Shown: positions 45,823 through 55,970 of the stretch, piece after piece
How the letters are laid out: each line of letters begins with the position of its first letter
How positions within the stretch are numbered: the first letter of the stretch is position 1
Source of the DNA: a virus
Lineage: Duplodnaviria > Heunggongvirae > Uroviricota > Caudoviricetes
DNA: 64,000 bases
Direction: 5' to 3' (one strand)
Virus record (IMG/VR): IMGVR_UViG_3300027996_000012
Location: 1-64,000 of that record
Translations under genes and position numbers: made by a program
The notes under the pieces: model-generated
The model's input: the letters and a program-made list of their open reading frames with translations, nothing else
What the model was told of the DNA's origin: nothing
Databases searched by the model: none

Positions 45823-46218
45823 ATGATTGCTACCACAGGACGAGTTTGCAAAACTGAAGACAAGCGCCACATCTTGTTGATGCGACGACTTGAGGGTGAT
45901 GAAGTCCTCTATGAGGCCATGGATTTGCACAGTGGAGAAATTCTCCCTAGTGTCGAACCTGGTGAGCCCATTGCGGAGAACGTTGCCAAGTACATCGCTG
46001 GGATCATCCAGGCCGCCCACTATCATGGTGGGCAGCTTATCCTCCAGCGGGATGAGTCAGCGGCCGTTGCTGATGCGTTGGCAGCACGACTCAAATTTGA
46101 AGAGTCACCTTTGCTGATGACAGCTTTACAGAAGATTCAGGCAAACACAGATGTGGTGGCTCGCCGGGACTTCCATCGCTTGCAGAAGACACTTGAGGGC
46201 ACGGGGGAGACTAAATGA
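45823..46218 (+). CDS. hypothetical protein
   Basis: RBS AAGGAGACCACG then ATG. Confidence 0.55.
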   Translation: MIATTGRVCKTEDKRHILLMRRLEGDEVLYEAMDLHSGEILPSVEPGEPIAENVAKYIAGIIQAAHYHGGQLILQRDESAAVADALAARLKFEESPLLMTALQKIQANTDVVARRDFHRLQKTLEGTGETK

Positions 46219-47114
46219 AATGGCTGCGATCCCTATTGATTATAGTTGTGATGGGCATCTGTTCGTTGACCCATGCCCAGACAGCGGAGGAACTCCGTTC
46301 TACGGTCGAATATCTCGCTTCACAAGAATTACGTGGTCGGGCGACGGCCACGAAAGACATCCAGAAAGCTCAAGATTGGATCGTGGCTCGGTGCCAGGAA
46401 GCTGGACTTCAGGTTCAACGCCAGACGGTGCCCACCCCGAGGGGTAAGTGCCAGAACGTCATTGCTTGGATCGAAGGCAGCGACCCCACACAGGTTGTGG
46501 TGATCGGTGCTCATCTGGATCATATTGGCGTGAGGAATCGTCGCGTGTATCCAGGTGCGGATGACAATGCCTCGGGCTCCGCAGCAGTGCTTGGGTTGGC
46601 AAAGCGATTCGCAGCCGGTACGCAACCCGCCTTTACCATTGCATTTCAGTGGTACACAGGTGAGGAGATCAACCCCTATTTGGTTGGATCAAAGTATTAC
46701 GTGAAGAACCCAACACTTCCAGTCGGTGACCCAGATATTGATCAGCATATCGTCATGTTGAACATCGATATGATCGGCCACCTAAAGAAGAAGTATGCCA
46801 CCGATGTTGATGTCGATTCTCTTCTTGAGACATTGTTCCCGAAATACCCGTTTGCCAAGTCGATCACATTCAAACGCAACTCGGGTAGCGATCAAGTTTC
46901 ATTTGATAACGGCGGGGTGCCGGTGGCCTTTCTGCATACTGGTACGGACTTTGGTACTTACCACAAGACCACCGACAAACCTGACACACTGAACTATCGT
47001 GGGATGGAGGCAATCTGCAATTTCGCTTATGACTTCATCAATCTGATTGTTGCACAGGACGTTCCCCCAGACTACATCATCTGGAGTTTGCCTGAAATCA
47101 TTATCCCTCGTTAA
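46215..47114 (+). CDS. secreted M28-family zinc peptidase (aminopeptidase / glutaminyl-cyclase fold)
   Basis: Signal peptide MKWLRSLLIIVVMGICSLTHAQ, with HLDH and GADDNASGSAAVL metal-ligand motifs. Confidence 0.7.
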   Translation: MKWLRSLLIIVVMGICSLTHAQTAEELRSTVEYLASQELRGRATATKDIQKAQDWIVARCQEAGLQVQRQTVPTPRGKCQNVIAWIEGSDPTQVVVIGAHLDHIGVRNRRVYPGADDNASGSAAVLGLAKRFAAGTQPAFTIAFQWYTGEEINPYLVGSKYYVKNPTLPVGDPDIDQHIVMLNIDMIGHLKKKYATDVDVDSLLETLFPKYPFAKSITFKRNSGSDQVSFDNGGVPVAFLHTGTDFGTYHKTTDKPDTLNYRGMEAICNFAYDFINLIVAQDVPPDYIIWSLPEIIIPR

Positions 47115-47125
47115 GGAGCACTACT

Positions 47126-47842
47126 TTGCCAGATGCACATACGATTACCGTGGTGGAACCCGGATTTGAGTTGAGTCCGTATAACAACTTTGCACAGTTG
47201 GAACGAGCCTGTGAATGGGCCGGTCGCAAGTGCTACAAGTCGGAAGACAAGATCACCGCTGACTCGGCCACCAAATTCTGTCGGGGTTTGCTCAGTCGCA
47301 AGCCGCCACACCAGAGTGTGGTTGAGCACGCAATCTTGACAGCAAATATCATCTGTAGCCGCTCATGCAGCCACCAGTTGGTTCGGCATCGGATTGCGGC
47401 ATATAGCCAAGAATCACAGCGGTACTGTGACTATGGCAAGAAGGGCTTTCAGATCATTTGCCCACCTAGTATTGGTGTTCCCGCAGGGGAATACACAGTG
47501 GAGCGCAATGGTGTCAATGGATCATTGTTCTGTTACCCTGATCCTACTACGATAGAACAGAAGTGGTTCATGTACAAGGCTTGGCAGGACTATGATTTGT
47601 ACATGCAGTATCGTGAACGCGGGATCAAACCAGAAGATGCCCGTGAAGTATTGGGCAATTGTACCAAGACTGAAGTTGTTTCAACCTTCAATATCAGTAT
47701 GTGGCGACATGTTTTCAAGGAACGTGCCTTGAACCCACGAGCCCAGTGGCAGATTCGCGGCATCTTTCGGAGCATCCTGGACGTGTTTGTCGAACGAGCA
47801 CCCTCACTATTCGCTGACCTTTTGGAGACGGATGAAGCATGA
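47126..47842 (+). CDS. thyX: flavin-dependent thymidylate synthase ThyX (TTG start)
   Basis: The ThyX motif RHRIAAYSQES (RHR-x7-S). RBS AAGGAG lies 8 nt upstream of the TTG. Confidence 0.8.
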   Translation: MPDAHTITVVEPGFELSPYNNFAQLERACEWAGRKCYKSEDKITADSATKFCRGLLSRKPPHQSVVEHAILTANIICSRSCSHQLVRHRIAAYSQESQRYCDYGKKGFQIICPPSIGVPAGEYTVERNGVNGSLFCYPDPTTIEQKWFMYKAWQDYDLYMQYRERGIKPEDAREVLGNCTKTEVVSTFNISMWRHVFKERALNPRAQWQIRGIFRSILDVFVERAPSLFADLLETDEA

Positions 47843-50472
47843 GTATGGAAATAACACCACTCTTTTGTGACGAGATGGACCCGTTTGAAAGCGTGGACTG
47901 GGACAAACGAAATGCGAGTATTATTGGTGAAGGTGATGAAGTCATCTTCAGCCAAACTGACATAGACGTACCGGTGTCTTGGTCACAAACTGCCCTCAAC
48001 ATTGTGGCCAGTAAATACTTCTATGGTGAGCAGGACACGGATGAGCGGGAAACCAGCATCCGACAACTGATTCATCGGGTTACCAAGACTGTTACCGACT
48101 GGGGTATTGAAGATGGGTACTTCGACAAAGAGAACGGTGAAGTATTTTACCGTGAACTTACCTGGCTTTGTCTCCACCAACACATGGCCTTCAATTCACC
48201 AGTCTGGTTCAATGTTGGTATATGGCAGGAATATGGTGTCACCGGCACCCCTTGTGGTTTCACTTGGAACGATGGCGAGATTCTCCCTGTTCAGAACCCC
48301 CATGAAGAACCCCAGGTCTCTGCATGTTTCATCCAGAGCGTGGCTGACAACATGGAAGACATCATGCGGTTTGCAACGGATGAAGCCATGCTGTTCAAGT
48401 TTGGCTCCGGCGTAGGTGCTGATCTTTCAACACTGCGTGGTTCATGCGAGAAGCTGTCCGGTGGCGGTCGTGCTTCTGGTCCTCTGAGCTTTGCTCGTAT
48501 CTACAACATGGTTGCAGAGGTAGTCAAAAGTGGTGGCAAGACCCGGCGGGCAGCCCTATTGTTTAGCATCAAGGATTCGCATCCGGACCTGATGCAGTTC
48601 ATTCAGTGCAAGGCCCGCGAAGAAGCCAAGGCAGCTACACTGGTGGGCAAGGGGTATTCACCGCAGGATGCCTACATGTCGGTGCTGTACCAGAATGCTA
48701 ACCTATCTGTTCGACTCTCGGATGAGTTCATGATTCAAGTGAACAAAGATGGAGATTGGTATACTCGGTGGGTCACCGATTCGGCCGTGAGTGGGCCTCA
48801 CCATAAAGCGCGGGCGATACTACGTGCCATTGCCGAAGCAGCATGGGAGTGTGGCGACCCCGGAGTGCAGTTCGATACAGCTTTGAATAAGTGGCATACT
48901 TGCCCGGTGTCTGGTAGAATCAATGCCAGCAACCCATGTGGTGAGTACAATTACCTAGACAATTCGGCATGTAACCTTGCCAGTTTGAATCTGATGAAGT
49001 TTCGACAGCAAGATGGCTCACTGAATGTTTCGTTGTTTCAGGCTGCGGCTCGTATCGCTTTGATAACACAGGATATCATGGTGGATAGAGCTAGCTATCC
49101 GTCTGCTAAGATCGCACAGACCAGTCATCGACACCGGGCTTTGGGACTTGGGTACTCAAATTTGGGTAGCTTTGTCATGTCCAACGGGGTTGCGTATGAT
49201 TCAGAGCTTGGTAGAAGCATATGTGCTGGCATCACTGCTATCATAACTGGGACTGCTTATGCAGCCAGTGCCGAGATTGCCGAACACCTGAGTCCATTCG
49301 AGGACTTTGAGTTGAACCGTACTCCGATGCTTGAGGTAATGAGTGAGCATTATGCAGCTTTAGGGCGAATGCCAATGCCAGCATATCTCGCTGAAGCGGC
49401 CCATATCGTTTGGAAACACGCGCGGACACACGGTGATCTACATGGGTACCGTAATGCTCAAACCACCGTGCTCGCTCCAACGGGCACCATTTCATTCATG
49501 ATGGATTGTTCCACGTTTGGTATCGAACCTGATTTGGCTCTGATGAAATACAAGAGGCTGGCTGGTGGTGGCACCCTAAAGATGGTCAACAAGAGTGTCC
49601 CGAAGGCCCTTCGTTTCCTGGGCTACGCAGAGGACGATATCGATACTCTCATGGCTTGGGTCGAAGAGAAGGGTACCTTTGAAGGTTCCCTGTTGAAGCC
49701 GGATCATTTGTCAGTATTCGACACAGCCTTAGCTCCACAGGGTAGCTCCAGAAGTATTGCCGCTAGCGCCCATTTGAAGATGTTGGCGGCAGCACAGCCA
49801 TTCCTTAGTGGTGCGATTTCTAAGACAATCAACATGCCTGCATCGGCGACAGTGCAGGACTTTGAGGACGCCATTATCAAGGCATGGCGACTCGGACTCA
49901 AGTCTGTTACTCTTTACAGAGATGGTTCTAAGAGCCACCAACCACTGAACACGGCGTTGGACAAAAAGGGTGCGAGTCAATCCCCGCCTAAACAAGTTCG
50001 CCGACCGCTCCCGGATGAACGGAAGTCCGTCACGAAAAAGATTTCGATCAGCGGACATGAAGGTTATGTCACCGTGGGTCTGTATCCCGATGGCACACCT
50101 GGGGAGCTTTTCATTGCCATGTCAAAAGAGGGAAGCACTATTAGTGGGATGATGGATGCATTCAGTATCGCTGTGTCTCTGGGCTTCCAACATGGTGTCC
50201 CGATGACTACGTTTGTGGACAAGTTTGCCTACATGCAGTTTGAGCCGATGGGCTTCACGAAGGATGCGGACATCAAGATGGCAAAATCAATTGTGGACTT
50301 CATCTTTCGGTGGATGCAATTGCGATTCCAAATTTCAGAAGTTGCCACGACCACTTCTGAAACGACCGATCAAGAAGCCACGCCGATTTGTGATCAGTGT
50401 GGCAGCATGACAGTTCGCAGTGGGTCATGCTATCTGTGTTACAACTGTGGAACATCAATGGGCTGTAGCTAA
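47839..50472 (+). CDS. ribonucleotide reductase, probably class II (B12-dependent NrdJ-like), with a C-terminal zinc ribbon
   Basis: Active-site NPCGE, 877 aa, C-terminal CDQCGS...CYLCYNCG. No separate beta subunit was seen. Confidence 0.8.
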   Translation: MSMEITPLFCDEMDPFESVDWDKRNASIIGEGDEVIFSQTDIDVPVSWSQTALNIVASKYFYGEQDTDERETSIRQLIHRVTKTVTDWGIEDGYFDKENGEVFYRELTWLCLHQHMAFNSPVWFNVGIWQEYGVTGTPCGFTWNDGEILPVQNPHEEPQVSACFIQSVADNMEDIMRFATDEAMLFKFGSGVGADLSTLRGSCEKLSGGGRASGPLSFARIYNMVAEVVKSGGKTRRAALLFSIKDSHPDLMQFIQCKAREEAKAATLVGKGYSPQDAYMSVLYQNANLSVRLSDEFMIQVNKDGDWYTRWVTDSAVSGPHHKARAILRAIAEAAWECGDPGVQFDTALNKWHTCPVSGRINASNPCGEYNYLDNSACNLASLNLMKFRQQDGSLNVSLFQAAARIALITQDIMVDRASYPSAKIAQTSHRHRALGLGYSNLGSFVMSNGVAYDSELGRSICAGITAIITGTAYAASAEIAEHLSPFEDFELNRTPMLEVMSEHYAALGRMPMPAYLAEAAHIVWKHARTHGDLHGYRNAQTTVLAPTGTISFMMDCSTFGIEPDLALMKYKRLAGGGTLKMVNKSVPKALRFLGYAEDDIDTLMAWVEEKGTFEGSLLKPDHLSVFDTALAPQGSSRSIAASAHLKMLAAAQPFLSGAISKTINMPASATVQDFEDAIIKAWRLGLKSVTLYRDGSKSHQPLNTALDKKGASQSPPKQVRRPLPDERKSVTKKISISGHEGYVTVGLYPDGTPGELFIAMSKEGSTISGMMDAFSIAVSLGFQHGVPMTTFVDKFAYMQFEPMGFTKDADIKMAKSIVDFIFRWMQLRFQISEVATTTSETTDQEATPICDQCGSMTVRSGSCYLCYNCGTSMGCS

Positions 50473-50484
50473 CAGGAGATACAC

Positions 50485-51141
50485 ATGCTGACTATTACAC
50501 AACTGATTCAAGAATCCCATGGCACCGCAGTGGAAAAGGGTTGGTGGGAAGATTGGGACCGCAACTTTGGTGAAATGCTGATGCTGTTCATTACTGAGAT
50601 CACCGAAGTCTGGGAAGAAATCAGTGATGATGGCATCCCCAACCCAGCCCAGTGGATAACCATCAACCCGGATACTCAGAAGCCAGAAGGCTTGGCTGTC
50701 GAATTTGCTGACTTGTTGATTCGAGCCGCCGACACTGTGGGGCGATACGAACTCCCACTGGTAGAAGCATTGAAGAGTCTCCTAAGCTGGGATAAGGTTT
50801 ATCGTGAGATAGACAACGAGCCGGTGGCTCGATTTGTACCCATCGAGTTGTTGATGGGCCGGTCGTTTGCTGTCGTGGGTGAGGGACAGGACGAGGAGTG
50901 GGTACGGGGCAATTTACAAGATGGCCTGCTGGACATCATCACCCCGATTAGCCATGCCATGGAAGCCTACCGTGTCAGTGGTGTCGAAGACACCCGAATT
51001 CTGGCGGGACATTTTGCCGAGATATTCATAGCGACGGCAGCACTCTGTGAAGATTTTGATGTACCGCTTGAAAAGGCTCTGGAAGTCAAGCTGGCTTACA
51101 ACAAGACACGACCGTACCGACATGGAGGAAAGAAAGCATGA
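50485..51141 (+). CDS. MazG-like nucleotide pyrophosphohydrolase
   Basis: EEXXE-type tracts EMLMLFITEITEVWEE and an all-alpha composition. Confidence 0.5.
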   Translation: MLTITQLIQESHGTAVEKGWWEDWDRNFGEMLMLFITEITEVWEEISDDGIPNPAQWITINPDTQKPEGLAVEFADLLIRAADTVGRYELPLVEALKSLLSWDKVYREIDNEPVARFVPIELLMGRSFAVVGEGQDEEWVRGNLQDGLLDIITPISHAMEAYRVSGVEDTRILAGHFAEIFIATAALCEDFDVPLEKALEVKLAYNKTRPYRHGGKKA

Positions 51142-52352
51142 GACGCCAATGCATAGTTTGTGAGTCCAGGAACCTAATCCCATTGTATGATCCCGGCCCA
51201 CAGCCGTTGACCACATTACGTATTCCACAGACGGTTGCTGATGCTATGTGTGCCCCTAAATTCGGGATGCATCATGTTCTGTGTGAGGATTGTGGCCACA
51301 TTTTCAATCTTCAATTTGAAGAGAAGAACGTGGACTATGAACAGGACTGGCAGATGTACAATAGTGGCATTGCCTGGAAGGATCATTTTGAGCGGGCGGC
51401 CAACGAGATTCTGGAACGTGCCCAATTACCTGATACCAGTACAGTTCTTGAAATCGGGAGCGGTAGCGGCGGGTTTATGCGCGAAATGATTCAGTATCCA
51501 CTCGGGGCCCGTCTTCGATACCGTGGCGTCGATCCTGGCGTTGATGTGTCAGATGCTGAGTTTGCCAACGAAGGCCAGGATATCATCATTGAACGCGCAT
51601 TTGCCAACTGTGAATACGACATTGATAAGCATGAGCCCAGTTTGATCATCATGCGACATGTCCTGGAGCACTTCCCGCGTCCAGCCGAGTTTATCGATGA
51701 ACTGGTGCGTGCCTGCCACATTACTCAGGTATCCCCGTTTGTGTTCATCGAAGTGCCTAATGGCGATCTCATTCTGGATCGGCTTCGTTCACAGGACATG
51801 ATGTACGAGCATGTTTCACATTTCACGCTGAGTAGCTTGGATGTACTACTGCGTAAGCATTTTCGTGTAGTCTATCTCAAGCCAGACTGCCGTGGATCGA
51901 TGCTGACCGCGTTGGTGAAATTACGATCCCCAATGTCACATCGGAAACGGGCCGAGGGGTTTGCTGATCAGATCGCCCTTCAGGTCGCCACGGTACAGGG
52001 TCAATTGGAGTTCCTTAGAACCCAAGAGTTGGATGACACGTACAACCGACCGCTAGCCTTCTGGGGCGCGATTGGCAAGAGTGCTTCATTCTTCAATCTG
52101 TATCAAGTGGACAAGACACGGTACCCGTTGGTGGTGGATTCTAATTTGGCCTTGGTGGAACTGTTTGTCCCCGGCACAGGGCAGGAAATCAAATTTCCTA
52201 TCGACGAGTTGGTGCAAGATCCGCCACGAACCATCATTGTTACGTCAGCTTGGCGAATTCACGATATCGCTGATCAAATTCGTTCGATTGGCATCAACTG
52301 CAAGCAAATCATGTACATTGACAACGGTCAACTTGTACCATATGGAGGGTGA
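51138..52352 (+). CDS. SAM-dependent methyltransferase of the NDP-hexose C-methyltransferase (TylC3-like) architecture
   Basis: An N-terminal CxxC...CxxC zinc module, the SAM motif VLEIGSGSGGF, and a C-terminal extension. Confidence 0.6.
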   Translation: MRRQCIVCESRNLIPLYDPGPQPLTTLRIPQTVADAMCAPKFGMHHVLCEDCGHIFNLQFEEKNVDYEQDWQMYNSGIAWKDHFERAANEILERAQLPDTSTVLEIGSGSGGFMREMIQYPLGARLRYRGVDPGVDVSDAEFANEGQDIIIERAFANCEYDIDKHEPSLIIMRHVLEHFPRPAEFIDELVRACHITQVSPFVFIEVPNGDLILDRLRSQDMMYEHVSHFTLSSLDVLLRKHFRVVYLKPDCRGSMLTALVKLRSPMSHRKRAEGFADQIALQVATVQGQLEFLRTQELDDTYNRPLAFWGAIGKSASFFNLYQVDKTRYPLVVDSNLALVELFVPGTGQEIKFPIDELVQDPPRTIIVTSAWRIHDIADQIRSIGINCKQIMYIDNGQLVPYGG

Positions 52353-52353
52353 T

Positions 52354-54192
52354 ATGTTCCCATCGATTCAAGCATTAGGCCAGTTTGGTGATATCTTCAA
52401 GCATGTAGCCGTTCGACTCAAGTTGGCATACGAGACCAGAAACTACCCTCAGTATGCTGCCTTGTTCAATGATTCCATGGGTTTGTATCACAAGCTGGAA
52501 TCAGCCCGCCCGGATGCCGCAGCTAAAGCCGGAATCTCTGATTTCATGGGAGTGTTGTTGTCCACCTTCGTAGGCGAAAAATTCCAACTGGAAGCCTATG
52601 ATGCCGCCCGCTTCATTGATTTCAATCCGATGATAGCCAACCTCTTAGCTGCCTCAAAGCACGAGACAGCGGACAGATGGTTGGATCAACTCTTGGATGC
52701 TGACGGACAGATTGCTGAGCCATTTGAGCACAACTTTCTGAAGGTACTGGTACTGCTGTCATCTCGTATCAGACGCCGGGTGAATTTTGACATCTTGCAT
52801 GAGGGCGACCGAGAGGCTGTAGCCCTGTGGTGGTCAGCATATACACGCGGAGTCAGCAACACAGCGGAAGATTACATCAATGAGAATCTGACTCGATGTT
52901 TCCGATGGGGACCACCGCCTGCATTCCCTCAAGATACTCGCGTTACTAATGCTGCTTTCCTTGCGTCCTACAAAGACCTGCCGGGGAGTCGAAAGCTGAA
53001 GCAGCGGGTCAACGAGCACATTCAGAAGAGATGGCCACAGCTTGAAGTCACCAACAACCCCGATCCAAAACGGATAGCGGTTATCACCAATAGCTGGCAG
53101 AATCGCCATGTGATCTATCGTACTATGGGGCCGCTGGTTAAGGCCCTGCATGGCCAGTATCGCATGGATCTGTTTCAAGGGCAACCCCATGACCCTGATA
53201 AACAAGACACGACCATCTTTGAGAACGTGTATGAGTTGTCAACCGACAAGAAGGACCCGTTGCAGAATCTTGGACCGCTACTAAATAACCAGTATGGTGC
53301 GGTCATGTATGTTGACATTGGTATGTCGAATCTGTCGGTGATCCTCTCGAATCAGAGATTTGCGCCAATACAAATGGCACTGATGGGACATCCAGTCAGT
53401 ACGTTTGGTGGTAAGATCGACTACTTCATCAGCGGTGACCTTGGTGAGAATCTAAACATGGCAGAAGTGAATTACTCTGAGCGATTGGTATTGCTGCCTG
53501 GCCTGGGGATTCAAGCCACACAACCTGCTTACGAGTTGCAACGCCCCAAGCGGGATGAGACCATCGTTATCAATGCGTGCTGGAGTGGTGCCAAATTCAA
53601 TCGCCCCATGTTAGAAGCTGTTCGTGATGCAATGGACAATGCAAAGCGGAAGTCACGGGTCCACTTCTTCCCGAACGACGGGATCAATCGTTACTTTGGG
53701 TTCAGTGCTTTTGAAAACAGTACCAAGAGCATTATGGGTGACCGCGCGGTGATCATGGAGACAGCAGGCGGGCGACCCGCTTACATGCACAGACTAGAGC
53801 GTGGCGACTTCGGAATTGACTCCTATCCGTTCTGTGGGTTCAACACGATCTTTGACCTGTTGCATGTTCAGAATCCAGTTGTCACATTCCAGGGTGGCCA
53901 GTGGCACAATCGAGCATCTTCAGCAATTATCGATGTCATGGGTATGGGTGAGTTGATTACCACTAACTATGACACATACCGCGATCTGATCACGCGAATG
54001 ATCGATGATGATGATTTTCGTACCAAAATGGTAGCCCGTATCAAACAAGATGTGCTGCGGGATGCGTTCTATACTGACACGACGGAGCAGGTGGCGTTCA
54101 AGACTGCTGTGCAGTATCTCATTGAACAGCAACCCAATCCGAATACTATCAGTCCCATTTACATTCGTGGAGCAAGTCCATGCCACATTTGA
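52354..54192 (+). CDS. GT41-family (OGT / HMW1C-like) glycosyltransferase, paralogue 1
   Basis: The C-terminal lobe tracks the OGT/HMW1C catalytic domain: INACWSGAKFNRPMLEAV, HFFPNDG, DSYPFCGFNTIFDLLHVQNPVVTFQGG..ASSAIIDVMGMGELIT. ATG at 52354 follows GGAGGG. Confidence 0.6.
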   Translation: MFPSIQALGQFGDIFKHVAVRLKLAYETRNYPQYAALFNDSMGLYHKLESARPDAAAKAGISDFMGVLLSTFVGEKFQLEAYDAARFIDFNPMIANLLAASKHETADRWLDQLLDADGQIAEPFEHNFLKVLVLLSSRIRRRVNFDILHEGDREAVALWWSAYTRGVSNTAEDYINENLTRCFRWGPPPAFPQDTRVTNAAFLASYKDLPGSRKLKQRVNEHIQKRWPQLEVTNNPDPKRIAVITNSWQNRHVIYRTMGPLVKALHGQYRMDLFQGQPHDPDKQDTTIFENVYELSTDKKDPLQNLGPLLNNQYGAVMYVDIGMSNLSVILSNQRFAPIQMALMGHPVSTFGGKIDYFISGDLGENLNMAEVNYSERLVLLPGLGIQATQPAYELQRPKRDETIVINACWSGAKFNRPMLEAVRDAMDNAKRKSRVHFFPNDGINRYFGFSAFENSTKSIMGDRAVIMETAGGRPAYMHRLERGDFGIDSYPFCGFNTIFDLLHVQNPVVTFQGGQWHNRASSAIIDVMGMGELITTNYDTYRDLITRMIDDDDFRTKMVARIKQDVLRDAFYTDTTEQVAFKTAVQYLIEQQPNPNTISPIYIRGASPCHI

Positions 54193-55970
54193 CACGAGCT
54201 TTACCTGATCTTCTTCTCGATGATATTCGTCAGGCTTACAAAGAGAAGAACTATATGCACTACATGGTGTTGATAGTCGAAGCTATGCGACTCTTTTGCA
54301 CCGTCAACTTTGGTCCAATGCAGCCAAAAACCGAGAAGTATGTGGACGAGTTTCTGGAAGTCTTCCTGGATACATTCACCGGGAAGAAGTTTCGTATTGC
54401 AGGCATGGATGAGGAATACTTCGTCCGCCTAAATCCAGTCATCGCCAACATCGTAGCCATGTCCAGATTCAAGACCGCCGATAAGTGGTTGGCCCAACTG
54501 GATATGCGAACCAAAGGCCATCGTGCCAAGATACTCACCCTGGTGTGCCCACGGACCAGCGTACAGGTTGACTATGACACTTTGGAGAAGGACTCATTAG
54601 CAACCCTGTGGTGGTCACTATATCCAACCTGCACGGGTAGCATCATCAACCCACGAATCGAAAAGAATCTCCGAAATCATTTCAGGGCCGGACCCTTTGG
54701 TGATTTTCCACAAACCACCCAGTTCACGGACATCCACTTTGTGCCAACGTATGCTGATCATGACGGTGCCCCGTTGATTAAGGCTCGTATCAACGAGTGT
54801 GTTCGTAAGAAGTGGCCGCCTATGAAGATCACAAACAACCCAGATCCAAAGCGGATTGCAATCATTTCTGACCGGTGGGCACCCAACACTGTGGTCCATC
54901 GAAGTGTGGCCCCGCTCATCAACGCTCTGAAGGGGCCGTTCAAGTTGGACTTGTTTCATTTGAACAGGGATGCTGGTGATTTGAAATTGGACACCGAGGG
55001 CTTCGAGAAGGTTCATTTCATCCATACTGAGGGCAATGATTTCCTCGGTCTGGAACCGTTGTTGGATAACCAGTACGCAGCTATCATCTACCCGGATGTT
55101 GGCATGAACTCGCAGTCCATCATTCTGGCCAACCAAAGATTTGCACCCATCCAGGTTTTGACCACCGGCCACCCAGTCAGTACAGTTGGAACCGAGATTG
55201 ATTTTTTCATCAGTGGAGACGCTGTGGAGTCCTCTGAGGCGTACCTTAATTATTCAGAGCGGTTAGTGTTACTCCCTGGGATGGGAAATCAGTCAGTTCG
55301 CCCAACATACGAACTCACCAACCCGGAGCGGGAAACTGACATTGTTCTGATCAACGCATGTTGGGGCCCGTCTAAGTACAATCGTGATATGCTTACGGCT
55401 GTGCGAGCCGGGATGATGGATGCCAAACACGAGTCGCGTGTACATTTCTTCCCAAGCAGCGGGATCTGTCGTTACAACGGGTTGAATGCATTCCTGACGG
55501 AGATTCACGACATTTTTGAGGGCGGGAGCGCCCGTGTTCTACCCGATAATGGTGGTTATGCTGGTTATATGGCCAGATTGGAATGGGGCGATTTTGGTAT
55601 TGATTCTTTCCCGTTCGGAGGTTACAATACAATTATCGATCAATTGCATGTTGGTAAACCAGTAATCACTCTACAGGGTGATCATTGGTACAATAGAGCA
55701 TCATCGGCCGTGAACCGTATGCTGAACATGCCGGAACTCATTGCTGAGAGTCGGTATGGATACCAGAAACTGATCACACGGATGATTGATGACGAAGAGT
55801 TTCGCCAGGAAATGCGGCAGCGTGTACAGGTTGCGCCAATGGACGAGAAGATTTATGACAACATATCCGAACCGGCTCATTTTGTGGCTGCCATGGACTA
55901 CTTGATCGAGCATCATCCCGATCCTAATTTTCCTCACCCCGTGTATATCTCGCCAGGAGAAACTATATGA
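54180..55970 (+). CDS. GT41-family glycosyltransferase, paralogue 2
   Basis: Collinear with paralogue 1: INACWGPSKYNRDMLTAV, HFFPSSG, DSFPFGGYNTIIDQLHVGKPVITLQGD. Confidence 0.6.
   Translation: MPHLTRALPDLLLDDIRQAYKEKNYMHYMVLIVEAMRLFCTVNFGPMQPKTEKYVDEFLEVFLDTFTGKKFRIAGMDEEYFVRLNPVIANIVAMSRFKTADKWLAQLDMRTKGHRAKILTLVCPRTSVQVDYDTLEKDSLATLWWSLYPTCTGSIINPRIEKNLRNHFRAGPFGDFPQTTQFTDIHFVPTYADHDGAPLIKARINECVRKKWPPMKITNNPDPKRIAIISDRWAPNTVVHRSVAPLINALKGPFKLDLFHLNRDAGDLKLDTEGFEKVHFIHTEGNDFLGLEPLLDNQYAAIIYPDVGMNSQSIILANQRFAPIQVLTTGHPVSTVGTEIDFFISGDAVESSEAYLNYSERLVLLPGMGNQSVRPTYELTNPERETDIVLINACWGPSKYNRDMLTAVRAGMMDAKHESRVHFFPSSGICRYNGLNAFLTEIHDIFEGGSARVLPDNGGYAGYMARLEWGDFGIDSFPFGGYNTIIDQLHVGKPVITLQGDHWYNRASSAVNRMLNMPELIAESRYGYQKLITRMIDDEEFRQEMRQRVQVAPMDEKIYDNISEPAHFVAAMDYLIEHHPDPNFPHPVYISPGETI

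Noticed and set aside
52072-52353. Upstream extension of the first GT41 ORF (track start 52072)
   Set aside because: It would overlap the last 280 nt of the methyltransferase gene. ATG 52354 sits right after the methyltransferase stop with a GGAGGG RBS.
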